DNA of 36,386 nucleotides from an uncultured bacterium (GCA_965372795.1 CBDVDR010000026.1:1-36386); one strand, 5' to 3'; numbered from the stretch's first letter, positions 19,576 through 28,991 are shown. The notes: a model not told the origin generated them from the letters alone. Numbers and translations: made by a program.

Positions 19576-20295
19576 ATGATTGACGATTTGAGACGAATTT
19601 TAAACAATAAAAACTTATTGTTTCTATTAGGAGTAGCGGCAGTTATTTTTGCATTTATTCCTGATGCTGCTGCTCATGGTGTCACCGAAGGTGACAAAGG
19701 GTATATTCAGGAGAGTTCCGGTAGAATGATATTACCATTCATCTACCTTGGAGCCAAACACATGGTCACCGGATATGATCATTTACTATTTTTATTCGGT
19801 GTTATTTTCTTTTTGTATCGCTTAAAAGATGTAAGCATCTATGTGACATTGTTTGCTGTTGGACATTCTGTCACTCTTCTTTCCGGCGTTCTCATGGATA
19901 TTAGTGTAAATGCATTTCTCATAGATGCAATAATCGGTTTTTCTATTGTTTATAAAGCCCTTGATAATATGAAGGCCTTTCAACGATGGTTCGGATTCCA
20001 ACCGAGCACTAAATTAGCGACTCTTATTTTTGGACTTTTCCACGGTTTTGGATTAGCCACCAAAATTCTTGATTATAAAATATCTCCCGATGGTCTGATC
20101 CCTAATCTTTTTGCTTTTAATATCGGGGTTGAATTAGGACAAATTATGGGATTGGCAATAATTCTGATTATGATAAGCTACTGGCGTCGTTCCGGTGGAT
20201 TTATGAAACACGCTTATAACGCCAATGTTGCATTAATGGCAGGCGGCTTTATCTTTGTAGGTTATCAAATGACAGGATATTTCTTAAACAATTAA
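19576..20295 (+). CDS. HupE/UreJ family metal-transport membrane protein
   Basis: Signal then H; LGAKHMVTGYDHLLFL, GHSVTL, FGLFHGFG, FNIGVELGQ. Confidence 0.9.
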   Translation: MIDDLRRILNNKNLLFLLGVAAVIFAFIPDAAAHGVTEGDKGYIQESSGRMILPFIYLGAKHMVTGYDHLLFLFGVIFFLYRLKDVSIYVTLFAVGHSVTLLSGVLMDISVNAFLIDAIIGFSIVYKALDNMKAFQRWFGFQPSTKLATLIFGLFHGFGLATKILDYKISPDGLIPNLFAFNIGVELGQIMGLAIILIMISYWRRSGGFMKHAYNANVALMAGGFIFVGYQMTGYFLNN

Positions 20296-20305
20296 AAGGA
20301 AAATA

Positions 20306-20935
20306 ATGATGAAAAATAATAATACACAATCAAACAACGATCTTCCATCGATGGTCAAACTTATCAAATCAACGATTCTGGCAATCTTTATTGCTGCTAT
20401 CATCCTGATAACAGTTGTGCTTCCGGCCGAATACGGAATTGACCCGACCGGTATTGGCAATATCATAGGCTTGGTTAAAATGGGTGAAATAAAAGTATCG
20501 CTGGCTCAGGAAGCTGAGATGGAACAGCTTGCAAAGAAAGATGGCGCGGAAATCATTCAAGAGAAACAAAAAGCGGAAGTAGTCACAGAGGAAAAAGCTC
20601 CTGAAACGGAAGCTAATTCCAGAAATGATAAAATAACTGTTACCCTTGAGCCAAATCAAGGCAAAGAAATTAAACTCGCTATGGCTAAAGGTTCAACGGT
20701 TGATTACTCCTGGTATACCAACGGAGGCAAAGCAAATTTTGATGCTCATGCTGATTCCAAAAAGCTTCAGATAAAATACCATAATTATGAAAAAGGTAAA
20801 CTTGAAAAAAGCTCCGGAACTATGGAAGCGGCTTTTGATGGTAATCATGGCTGGTTCTGGAGAAATAGAACTTCAAAAACCATGACTGTTACATTAGAAA
20901 CCAAAGGTGACTATACCGAAGTTTTTCAATACTAA
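20306..20935 (+). CDS. Membrane-anchored periplasmic protein of the type that accompanies HupE/UreJ
   Basis: TM then VLPAEYGIDPTG; FDAH..., FDGNHGWFWRNR. Confidence 0.8.
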   Translation: MMKNNNTQSNNDLPSMVKLIKSTILAIFIAAIILITVVLPAEYGIDPTGIGNIIGLVKMGEIKVSLAQEAEMEQLAKKDGAEIIQEKQKAEVVTEEKAPETEANSRNDKITVTLEPNQGKEIKLAMAKGSTVDYSWYTNGGKANFDAHADSKKLQIKYHNYEKGKLEKSSGTMEAAFDGNHGWFWRNRTSKTMTVTLETKGDYTEVFQY

Positions 20936-21016
20936 ATAATATTATTTGTTCAATAATGAAGATGCGGCGATAGGCTGCATTTTCATTAGCATAAAATTAT
21001 TTTTTTGGAGTAATTT

Positions 21017-21367
21017 ATGATTTTCTACATAACTAAAATAGCTATTACAACAGCTTCCATTGTTCTGATTTCAGAAGTGGCAAAACGGAGTTCCTTTATT
21101 GGCGCTTTGCTGGCATCAATTCCTTTGATTTCTGTTCTGGCTATGATTTGGCTCTATGTTGATACTAAAGATGTAACAAAAGTGAGTTCGTTAGCAACGA
21201 GCGTCTTTTGGCTGGTTATCCCATCTTTGACTTTATTTGTTTCACTCCCGTTACTTTTAAAAGCCGGTATCAATTTTTACTTGAGTATAAGTATTGCTAT
21301 TGCTCTTACTATTTTTAGTTATTGGTTGATGGTTACAATATTGGGTTATGTGGGGATTAAATTATAA
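21017..21367 (+). CDS. DUF3147-like small membrane protein
   Basis: ISEVAKRS..GALLASIPLIS..AMIWLY; four hydrophobic segments; GGAG RBS. Confidence 0.75.
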   Translation: MIFYITKIAITTASIVLISEVAKRSSFIGALLASIPLISVLAMIWLYVDTKDVTKVSSLATSVFWLVIPSLTLFVSLPLLLKAGINFYLSISIAIALTIFSYWLMVTILGYVGIKL

Positions 21368-21410
21368 AGTTATATGAATATAAATTTTTGCAAGAAAGAA
21401 TTTTATCGTG

Positions 21411-21959
21411 ATGAAGAAACAGAATTTTTATACAATATTTATTTTAATGATATCGGTTTTTGCCTTGCTTGCGACGGGGTGCAGCGATGATGAAAACAAT
21501 GAAATTTTCTCAGGAAATGATATTTCATCGTTTATAGTCTCAATATATCCTCCGGTTGGGGCAACCGATGTTTCACCAAGTTCATCCATGTGGATTAAGT
21601 TTTCGGAACCGATGGATACTATTTCAGTAATGAATAATTTTTATTATTCAGGTGGCGCTAATATGCACGAATGGATGGACTCAACTAATTTATACGGCGG
21701 CATGGGACATATGAATATGGGAATGAATAACCACATGATGAACTGGATCGACTCGATCCAAATACCCGGCACGTATTCATGGAATAATGCTTTTGATAGC
21801 TGTGAGTTCATTCCTGATTCCATTATGCTGACAAATACGGAATATATGATGTTTATGTATGAAGACGGGATAATGAATCATCGCGGCGAAATGATGAACT
21901 TGAATCATGATGATAATGGCTATCATACCTATCAATTTATAACAGGTGAAGGGAATTGA
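21411..21959 (+). CDS. Met/His-rich lipoprotein with an Ig-like (Big_5-type) domain
   Basis: LATG-C lipobox; IYPPVGATDV..IKFSEPMD; MGHMNMGMNNHMM insert. Confidence 0.7.
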   Translation: MKKQNFYTIFILMISVFALLATGCSDDENNEIFSGNDISSFIVSIYPPVGATDVSPSSSMWIKFSEPMDTISVMNNFYYSGGANMHEWMDSTNLYGGMGHMNMGMNNHMMNWIDSIQIPGTYSWNNAFDSCEFIPDSIMLTNTEYMMFMYEDGIMNHRGEMMNLNHDDNGYHTYQFITGEGN

Positions 21960-21961
21960 TT

Positions 21962-22279
21962 ATGAATAAACTTTACAATGTCATTTTAATAATTTTGCTT
22001 GGTACCGCAGGATTAATGATGAGCTCCTGTTCTGAACAAGAGAATAAAACAGACAAGATCGAGGAAATTAAAACGAACAGTACCAATCCCAGCCAACTGT
22101 CGATTCAAACAAAAGATGCTATTTCAGGCAAACCGATAAGCTGGAACATCTATACCGACTATGAAGGGAAGCGAATATTTTTCTGTTGCAATGGCAGTAA
22201 AAAAGATTTCAAGGACAACCCACAAAGGTATTTAACAGAGTTTCAAAAGCAGGGAGTTTCGCTAACTGATACTCCATGA
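21962..22279 (+). CDS. YHS/TRASH domain lipoprotein
   Basis: MSS-C lipobox; DAISGKPI..YEGKRIFFCCNGSKKDFKDNPQRYL. Confidence 0.8.
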   Translation: MNKLYNVILIILLGTAGLMMSSCSEQENKTDKIEEIKTNSTNPSQLSIQTKDAISGKPISWNIYTDYEGKRIFFCCNGSKKDFKDNPQRYLTEFQKQGVSLTDTP

Positions 22280-22452
22280 GAAAACGAGCTGACACGAGAC
22301 TAAGGTGATTAGTTCACCAGTTTTGCAATTAAGTCCTCACACGTTCAGGACAATGTGGTGACCAGTTCAGTTTATTCCGGGAAGAGCGTGCCAACGATGT
22401 TGGAAGTTCGGAGTAAACACCTAATCAGTTACTACAGCTGAAATTGCTAATA

Positions 22453-24303
22453 TCATTTTGAACTTAACAGTTTCATAAAATCTAAAGTATGCTTGCAAAC
22501 CATTTCAGGCTGTCCTAACACCATATGCGAATAGGGCACCCGGACAATTGTATCCTCATGAAAATCATCACCCAGGACATTTTCGTCAAGATGTTGCTGC
22601 ATTATAACATCTAATTCTTCACTGCTGTCAGTATCAAATATTATTCGGGTATGGAGGATTTTCTTTATGGAATTTTTGTACCATTTAGGGAACTGCTCCC
22701 AACTTCCATTATTAAAAGGAGCAATAATATCGGTTGAATATTTTTTTAGAGTCTGTATCTCGGCTCCAAATTTTGAAAACGCAATTAAAAGGTAATCATG
22801 AAAAAGCAACCAGTCACTTATAGAAGCAGCGTTTTGACTAAACAGCTTAATAGTAGCTAAAACTTGTTCTTCATTCCCATTTTCCAACTCAGAATATTTA
22901 CTTGTTGCAAAACAATTCTGAAGATGCAGATTACATCCCAAGGCTAACATGCCTTTCACTTTAATATCTGAAAATAATTCCGAATTTAGAATTTCCAGAA
23001 AATGATCGGCTCCGGATGAAAACCCTACTAACACAACTTGTTTTGGCTTCAAGCTGCTGCAGACATTTTTAATAACAGCGTGGAGAAGGATTGAATGATC
23101 ATCCAGCCCAATCGGAAGTCGGAGCTGCGCATTTTTATCAAACCCGTACAATGATAAAGCTATCGCACGATATGGCAGTTGACGGAGAACATCAGTGAAT
23201 TGGCGGTGGTCATGACCAATGCCATGTAAATAAATTATCAATTCATCGGATGATATTTTATTGTCAATATATGCAAGTTTTGTACCGATCATCTTTGGCT
23301 CTTTAGTCGATAATTTACGAACTAAATCAGTAGTCAGCACAAAAGATTCTTCGGTAAGAGTTGGTGCTGATTTTCCAATACCCTGATAACTGATACTGAC
23401 ATCTATTTCGTTATTCAACTGATGAGATAATTCCTCAAGTTCATTACAAATATCCCGGGCAGACTGGAATCGTTTAGTGGGATTTTTATGTAAGCAGCGA
23501 GAAATAATTCGGTTGAGATCATAGGGGATATTCTCACGTTTGGCGGTCATTTTTAAAGGAGTATCTCTTAAGATCCGGGCTGATATTTCAGAGGCTGAAT
23601 CGGCTGAAAACGGATGTTGCGAGGTAATCATTTCATACAAAATTACTCCGAACGCAAAAACATCAACAAGATGACTGATTTCCTGACCAATAAGTTGTTC
23701 CGGCGCCATATATAAAATAGTTCCGGCAATCTTATTAGCAAACGGAGAACTTGTTACCGTGCTGTCGATCTCATTAGTTGTTGTGGTATCAGAAAGGGTC
23801 GCCAATCCGAAATCAAGAATTTTGATTGTGCCGGAATGATCCAACATGATATTACCCGGTTTCAAATCCCGATGGGTTATACCCTTTTCATGGGCAGCTG
23901 TTAACCCCGAACCGATTTGAATGCCTATATTAATAATTTCTTCAAAAGATAATGTTTTTAAATTGAGCGACTCTCCAAGAGTTTGACCTTCAATGTAAGC
24001 CATTGAAATATACGGCGTGCCTTTATATTCATTAACTTCATGAACGGTGATAATATTCGGATGTTGTAACCGGGCGGCTGCTTGAGCTTCCTTTATAAAT
24101 TGTTGTCGAATGGCAGAATTGTTAATGGGATCAACAAAGAGAAACTTCAGGGCAACTTGACGCTTGAGTTTACTATCCTCAGCCAGATAAACTTCACCCA
24201 TACCACCGGCGCCAATTTTTTTGATTAACCGATAGTGTGACACCATCGTCCCTTTGGAAAAATCATTGTGAGTTTGTGGTTTATCTCTATTCTGGCTATC
24301 CAT
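22453..24303 (-). CDS. Hanks-type Ser/Thr kinase fused to an alpha/beta-hydrolase-fold domain
   Basis: GAGGMGEVY, VALK, HRDLKPGN, DFG, YMAPE; C-terminal YLHGIG, VLVGFSSGA and a late His (YSHM); no TM. Confidence 0.88.
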   Translation of the reverse strand: MDSQNRDKPQTHNDFSKGTMVSHYRLIKKIGAGGMGEVYLAEDSKLKRQVALKFLFVDPINNSAIRQQFIKEAQAAARLQHPNIITVHEVNEYKGTPYISMAYIEGQTLGESLNLKTLSFEEIINIGIQIGSGLTAAHEKGITHRDLKPGNIMLDHSGTIKILDFGLATLSDTTTTNEIDSTVTSSPFANKIAGTILYMAPEQLIGQEISHLVDVFAFGVILYEMITSQHPFSADSASEISARILRDTPLKMTAKRENIPYDLNRIISRCLHKNPTKRFQSARDICNELEELSHQLNNEIDVSISYQGIGKSAPTLTEESFVLTTDLVRKLSTKEPKMIGTKLAYIDNKISSDELIIYLHGIGHDHRQFTDVLRQLPYRAIALSLYGFDKNAQLRLPIGLDDHSILLHAVIKNVCSSLKPKQVVLVGFSSGADHFLEILNSELFSDIKVKGMLALGCNLHLQNCFATSKYSELENGNEEQVLATIKLFSQNAASISDWLLFHDYLLIAFSKFGAEIQTLKKYSTDIIAPFNNGSWEQFPKWYKNSIKKILHTRIIFDTDSSEELDVIMQQHLDENVLGDDFHEDTIVRVPYSHMVLGQPEMVCKHTLDFMKLLSSK

Positions 24304-24518
24304 GATATTATATTCCTTACTTGAGATTTGCAATCATTAGTATAATAATCATCGATGGTATTACCAAGCAAAAAAGACTACAACTGACTACAATAGCCGT
24401 AAGGCTATATCAGTAAAATTGAATGACATGTATTAGTTTCTCTGATAGAAATTACATTCCCTCGTATCTAATCAGTTAGATAACAATTACTCTTTATGTA
24501 ATAATTGTGATGAATGTT

Positions 24519-24773
24519 CTAATTACTGAACACATCGGTGCTAAGATATTTCAGACCGGAATTGACCATCAGGGTTACAACCGTAGCCTCAGGTCCTAAT
24601 TGTTCTGCCAATTTAATTGCTGCAACAACATTTGCTCCTGAGGATGTTCCGGCAAAAAGACCTTCCTCCCGGGCTAACCGCCTGGTCATTGCTTTAGCAT
24701 CTTCGGTGTTAACCGCGATAATTTCATCGACCAGATTTGGTTCCCACAGTGGCGGAGTATAACCGATTCCAAC
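24519..24773 (-). pseudogene. C-terminal fragment of a PLP-dependent cysteine synthase family gene
   Basis: My translation: VGIGYTPPLWEPNLVDEIIAVNTEDAKAMTRRLAREEGLFAGTSSGANVVAA...SGLKYLSTDVFSN*; N-terminal part including the PLP Lys is absent; not in the ORF track. Confidence 0.85.
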
Positions 24774-24814
24774 TAGATGTAAAAAACAAATTGCACCACA
24801 AATGTTGGCGATAA

Positions 24815-25093
24815 CTAAATAGTACGACCTAAGCCCGCTTGCTTGAGAGTTTCAATATTGACACCGGATTTATCACAACAAGATGCGAGTACGCCGTCGA
24901 TTGCAACTGCCGGCAAAGATTTTATGCCATACTCTTTGGCCTTGTCACGACATTCGTTGGTTTCACATCCTTTATTTAAATCATAAACAAAGACCTCACA
25001 ACTCGAACAGGCTGCTTCCTGAACCTGTTTTACGGTTTCTTCACAGACCGGACAACCGGCAGTAAAGACTTCTATTTTTCTTTTCTGAGACAT
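24815..25093 (-). CDS. Thioredoxin/glutaredoxin-like Cys-rich protein
   Basis: IEVFTAGCPVC, YGIKSLPAVAIDG, extra CxxC, CxxxxC and CC. Confidence 0.82.
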   Translation of the reverse strand: MSQKRKIEVFTAGCPVCEETVKQVQEAACSSCEVFVYDLNKGCETNECRDKAKEYGIKSLPAVAIDGVLASCCDKSGVNIETLKQAGLGRTI

Positions 25094-25116
25094 TTGTAGG
25101 CTCCTTTCAGTTTAGA

Positions 25117-25530
25117 TTAACTCGTCTTACAATTTGGACATGATACAATAGAATCACTCTCGTCATGTGAACTACTATGTTTTACAGGAATATTATTCCA
25201 AATGGATGCCATTATCAGGAGAAAAGCACCAGAGTAAAAAATGTAATCGGATAAGCTATAGTATTTCCCGGCAATAATTATCACAGCGCTTGAAAGACCT
25301 ATCCAAAAGGGCAGGTATCCTCTTCTCGTTTGGGCTTTATAGGCTAAGCTAAATAGTGATATACTCAAGAGCATTCCGATAATCAGATAAAAGTATGGTC
25401 CGGTCATCAGGAATCCTAATCCAAGTGATGAAAGTATACCAGCGTAAATTGGCCAGCAGGCCGGACAAGTGGCATTTGGCAGAAGAGCGGCTCCGATCCC
25501 GGGAAGGATTGTAAATATTTTTTTAATCAT
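25117..25530 (-). CDS. merC: MerC-like mercury transport membrane protein
   Basis: CPACWP.YAGILSSLGLGFL, RRGY.PF, four TMs, ASIWN, C-terminal CPNC. Confidence 0.7.
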   Translation of the reverse strand: MIKKIFTILPGIGAALLPNATCPACWPIYAGILSSLGLGFLMTGPYFYLIIGMLLSISLFSLAYKAQTRRGYLPFWIGLSSAVIIIAGKYYSLSDYIFYSGAFLLIMASIWNNIPVKHSSSHDESDSIVSCPNCKTS

Positions 25531-25533
25531 TAT

Positions 25534-25851
25534 TTATTCCTGATTAAATGACAACAATTTCTCTTTTATCAGTTCTTTTGAAGGAAACCCTTCCATCAAT
25601 TCACCATTTTTGTATCGACGGCATCGCATCGAGTATTCTGTAGCTTCGTTTTCAATTGTTTCGAGGTCTTGATCATTGATTCTAATTGAAGGCGAGCCAA
25701 GAAAACGATGTTTTATGATATCCTCATGTTTTTCAATATTGATGACCTCTATTTTATCTTTTAGATCAACCTCTGAAAGGACTTCTTGCAAATTAGTCAG
25801 AGTAATTTCATAATTTGGACAGCCATCAAAATATAGTAATTCTATTTTCAT
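25534..25851 (-). CDS. Thioredoxin-fold protein (DUF2703/DF-family-like)
   Basis: MKIELLYFDGCPNY, FLGSPSIRIN, CRRY. Confidence 0.75.
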   Translation of the reverse strand: MKIELLYFDGCPNYEITLTNLQEVLSEVDLKDKIEVINIEKHEDIIKHRFLGSPSIRINDQDLETIENEATEYSMRCRRYKNGELMEGFPSKELIKEKLLSFNQE

Positions 25852-25852
25852 A

Positions 25853-26269
25853 TTATGTTACTCCTTTAGAAAGTGATTCAATGATAGGACAATTTTTTAT
25901 CGTTTTAGCTTGCTGACATTCATTAACCAGTTTGGTCAAGGTCGTTTTAAGTTTTTTTAAATGCTTCAATTGATTATTTATAATATCCAATTTGCTTTCT
26001 GCGATCTGTCTGACATCACTACACTTATATATTTCACCATCAGCAATGGCTAAAAGTTCTTTTATCTCTGCAAGAGCAAAACCAAGTTCTTTGGCATTTT
26101 TGATAAAGATTAACCGATCTAAATCTTTTTGTGAATATTGCCGGTAGCCTCCATTGGTTCGCACCGGTTCAGCCAGCAAGCCCTTTTTCTCATAGAACCT
26201 TATCGTTTCCTTATTCACTCCGGCAGTGCCGGCTAATTCACTTGTTTTATAAATCTGTGAGTTCATCAT
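25853..26269 (-). CDS. merR: Hg(II)-type MerR regulator
   Basis: ETIRFYE..GL, GYRQY, AKELGF; Cys83/118/127 match the Cys82/117/126 spacing of Hg-MerR. Confidence 0.85.
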   Translation of the reverse strand: MMNSQIYKTSELAGTAGVNKETIRFYEKKGLLAEPVRTNGGYRQYSQKDLDRLIFIKNAKELGFALAEIKELLAIADGEIYKCSDVRQIAESKLDIINNQLKHLKKLKTTLTKLVNECQQAKTIKNCPIIESLSKGVT

Positions 26270-26294
26270 TTTCTCCAGTTCTATATTGTTTAAC

Positions 26295-26320
26295 AGTATG
26301 TACTATACTACAGGGTTTCA
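26295..26320 (-). promoter_or_regulatory. MerR-type operator
   Basis: Minus strand CCCTGTAGTATAGTACATA, resembling the GTAC-N4-GTAC mer operator dyad. Confidence 0.55.
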
Positions 26321-26422
26321 CTTTATACAAAAATAATCATATTTTTTTAATATTATATTAGTCATCTTTTGAAATTGATGGTCAGAACTTCGATAAATAA
26401 TCCAAAAACAGAACAACATCTC

Positions 26423-26450
26423 CTAACAAATAGTAATAGCAACGATTAAC
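26423..26450 (+). repeat. TAGTAATAGCAA-type junction box
   Basis: CTAACAAATAGTAATAGCAACGATTAAC; 12-nt core identical to 32876-32887. Confidence 0.5.
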
Positions 26451-26765
26451 AGGAAGTGGCACTTCTTTTTTATCTAACATTCTTGCTCGATTTGTTAGAA
26501 AAATACTAGAAATTAGAGGTTGAATTTGTAGATTCTTATGTACAATGTTCATTGTGCAATGACGGAGCTTTTTCCTTGCTCTCGAATATCAGAATGGATA
26601 TATTTGTATAGTTGTAAAAACGCTTCCTTAATAGGGTATTGTTATATCCAAAGAAGAAATTTAAATAAATAACTAATCTCGATTCTCTATTCAGTGGAGC
26701 ATCACATATTAGAAAATCGCTCTCAAATCTAATAATTGAAGAGCACAAGTAAATCGGAGATCTAT

Positions 26766-27446
26766 ATGATTGAAGTCTTTCTTGGCACTTTCTTGGGTAT
26801 ACTTTTGGGTGTTGCGTCGTCAATGCTTTCTTGGTTTATTCTCTTTCACGTAATAGTCCCTAAAATACGATTCTCTAATTTTATTAGCAGAACCGCAAAA
26901 CCGGATTCTGCGGGGTGCCATCGATATTGGCTAAAGTTTGAGAATTATGGCAGACGAGGCATTGTAGATGTGGAATTTATTTGTCAACTTCGTATCAAGG
27001 GATTGAGACCTCGAGAAAAGACTTCATGGCGTCTCTTTTATCCAAAAATACAATATCGTCGATTACCGTTCTTCCCATCAATTCTTAAGGGAGGTCTCCG
27101 CCAACTGATAGAGATCATTCCAGTATTTGAGGATTTGGATAGTGAGCGATCGTTACCCAATAACTTGAGGGAGATTTATGCAAAAGGGAACCTTCTATTA
27201 GAAGACTTGTTATCAGCAGGAGACAAAGCAGAATTAAGAATCTTTACATACGGTTACGATTCGTTCAGCGGTACAAGAAAAGCATTTCAGTCTCCAGCAT
27301 ATAATTTAGAGTGTATTCAACCTTTTGCATACGAGCTTAATTCTCTGGCACTTAATCCCGATTCAGGTCCTAAGCCAACAGAACCAGAAGAACATTGTTC
27401 TTCTAAAATAGATAAATTAATCAAATCTAATGAAGTTGGAAAGTAG
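26766..27446 (+). CDS. Hypothetical N-terminally membrane-anchored protein
   Basis: GGAG RBS then ATG 26766; hydrophobic N-terminus; no family recognised. Confidence 0.7.
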   Translation: MIEVFLGTFLGILLGVASSMLSWFILFHVIVPKIRFSNFISRTAKPDSAGCHRYWLKFENYGRRGIVDVEFICQLRIKGLRPREKTSWRLFYPKIQYRRLPFFPSILKGGLRQLIEIIPVFEDLDSERSLPNNLREIYAKGNLLLEDLLSAGDKAELRIFTYGYDSFSGTRKAFQSPAYNLECIQPFAYELNSLALNPDSGPKPTEPEEHCSSKIDKLIKSNEVGK

Positions 27447-27798
27447 CCTCCCTGAATATTGCCTAATTGTAAATCATTGAATCTCAACACACTTCGTTTT
27501 GAAGTAGAGCGTTAAGATGATGTAAAAAATGATTTATTGATAGGAAAGTCTATCTATTTACATCCATCTCGCTTTATGGTCTTTTTAGTATTTGTTTGTA
27601 ACTTATGTTACTATTTGCTGGAATTCAAACAAATTCTAAAAATCAAGGATACAAATTTATCTGAATCAGAAGATAAGCCCGATAACAATAATAATAATAG
27701 TTATGATCAAAATTTTGATGATAATACTCGCACGAGCCAATTCAAATTTTTGATAGTAAACTTCAATCACATCATCCTAAAAAAATAGGTAAACCTAT

Positions 27799-27822
27799 AA
27801 AAGCCGGCAAGTGCCGGCTTTT
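27799..27822 (-). terminator. Bidirectional-type terminator after ric
   Basis: AAAAGCCGGCA-ag-TGCCGGCTTTT. Confidence 0.75.
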
Positions 27823-27919
27823 AATTTAGTCGCTGAAAGAAATTTTCATCCCAATCAATTTTAAGTTTGCTTAAACATCAAAACTCAAGACAGATTGAAA
27901 CTAATTATTTGCAAGACTT

Positions 27920-28639
27920 TTAATTCTGTCTGAGCTTCTCCTCAAGAGCAATGGCGCGGGGAAAAAGAATACTGCTTTCTTTGAGAATATGCTGGTGAAT
28001 ATCAAACTCAAGTTCTGCCATGCCGGCTAACAATGCCTGGTAAGTTGTACAGCCATCCTCCGGAACTTTATATCCATTGGTAAGCGATTTCAAATCAGTC
28101 AGCGCATTACCGGCGTTATTGTGTTCCAGCTCCATCACTCGGATCGAGTTGGCAACTTCGTCACTTTTAAATTTTTCATCAGTGATTGTATCCATCTTAC
28201 GAATTATCGGAAACAATATCTGTTCCTCTTTGCCCAGATGCTGAGTCAGTTCAGCTGTCAAAGCGGTGAGCGTTGCGGCTACTTTTGTCAATTCCGGATG
28301 ATTTCCTGAGTGGGCGTTGACCACTTTTTCCATCAGGAAATTCAAACGGGGAAGCTCTTTGTTCAAATAAGCATGATGAGTTGCTTCGATATGATCAGCT
28401 AACACCGTCAGATTGGCTTGGCGCCAATCAGTATCGTTTTCCTCTTGCCCTGCCTCGTCTGATTTTACCAAAGCATTGAGAAGTTCTTTGGGGTCAATCC
28501 CCTTTTCTTTACAGGCTTCACTCAAAGTGGTATGGCCGCCGCAACAGTAATCAAGACCGTACTGTTCAAACACCCGTGACCGGCTGAGTTTTTCGGCTAC
28601 AATTTCACCAATTGGAATTTCTAAACTATTTTCATTCAT
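27920..28639 (-). CDS. ric: Iron-sulfur cluster repair di-iron protein
   Basis: GLDYCCGG, HHAYL, HLGKEEQILFP, MELEH, HQHILKE; GGAG RBS before ATG 28639. Confidence 0.92.
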   Translation of the reverse strand: MNENSLEIPIGEIVAEKLSRSRVFEQYGLDYCCGGHTTLSEACKEKGIDPKELLNALVKSDEAGQEENDTDWRQANLTVLADHIEATHHAYLNKELPRLNFLMEKVVNAHSGNHPELTKVAATLTALTAELTQHLGKEEQILFPIIRKMDTITDEKFKSDEVANSIRVMELEHNNAGNALTDLKSLTNGYKVPEDGCTTYQALLAGMAELEFDIHQHILKESSILFPRAIALEEKLRQN

Positions 28640-28991
28640 CTTATCTCTCCATTTCCAAAAATGTTTAAACAATACTACTATCACAGACTAAATTAGTCAA
28701 TGTTATTAATTAACGAGCATAACTTTGAAAAGTTCAAGATTTATATATTTTAAAGAATTATTAGATATATTCAAGCGGAAAGGCTGCATAATTTAACTTA
28801 TAAATTTTATTACAGGCTTCTAAGGCCCTGCCAAGGTTGTTTTCGCTCAAACGTGGGCTTATAAAGTCTAATTATTCATTGACGGCAAGCAGTTAGCCCT
28901 TTATCTTTAAATGAAAATATCATCACATCTCTGTAAAACTTCAATAAAATATGATCAGTAAATCGGTACTTAATTAATGAAAGGAATTCAA

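Noticed and set aside
22329..22349. LSPHTFR, resembling a tyrosine recombinase motif
   Set aside because: Only 7 codons with no supporting similarity on either side; may be chance.
24538..24762. 74-aa plus-strand ORF
   Set aside because: Antisense shadow of the cysteine synthase fragment.
24767..24810. attC-like CCAAC...GTTGG at the cysteine synthase breakpoint
   Set aside because: Interior does not pair and the R boxes do not fit the consensus.
25534..25851. Selenocysteine recoding in the YFDGCP protein
   Set aside because: The codon is TGT (Cys); no in-frame TGA.
27537..27788. 83-aa plus-strand ORF
   Set aside because: TTG start without RBS and low-complexity Asn run; not supportable.
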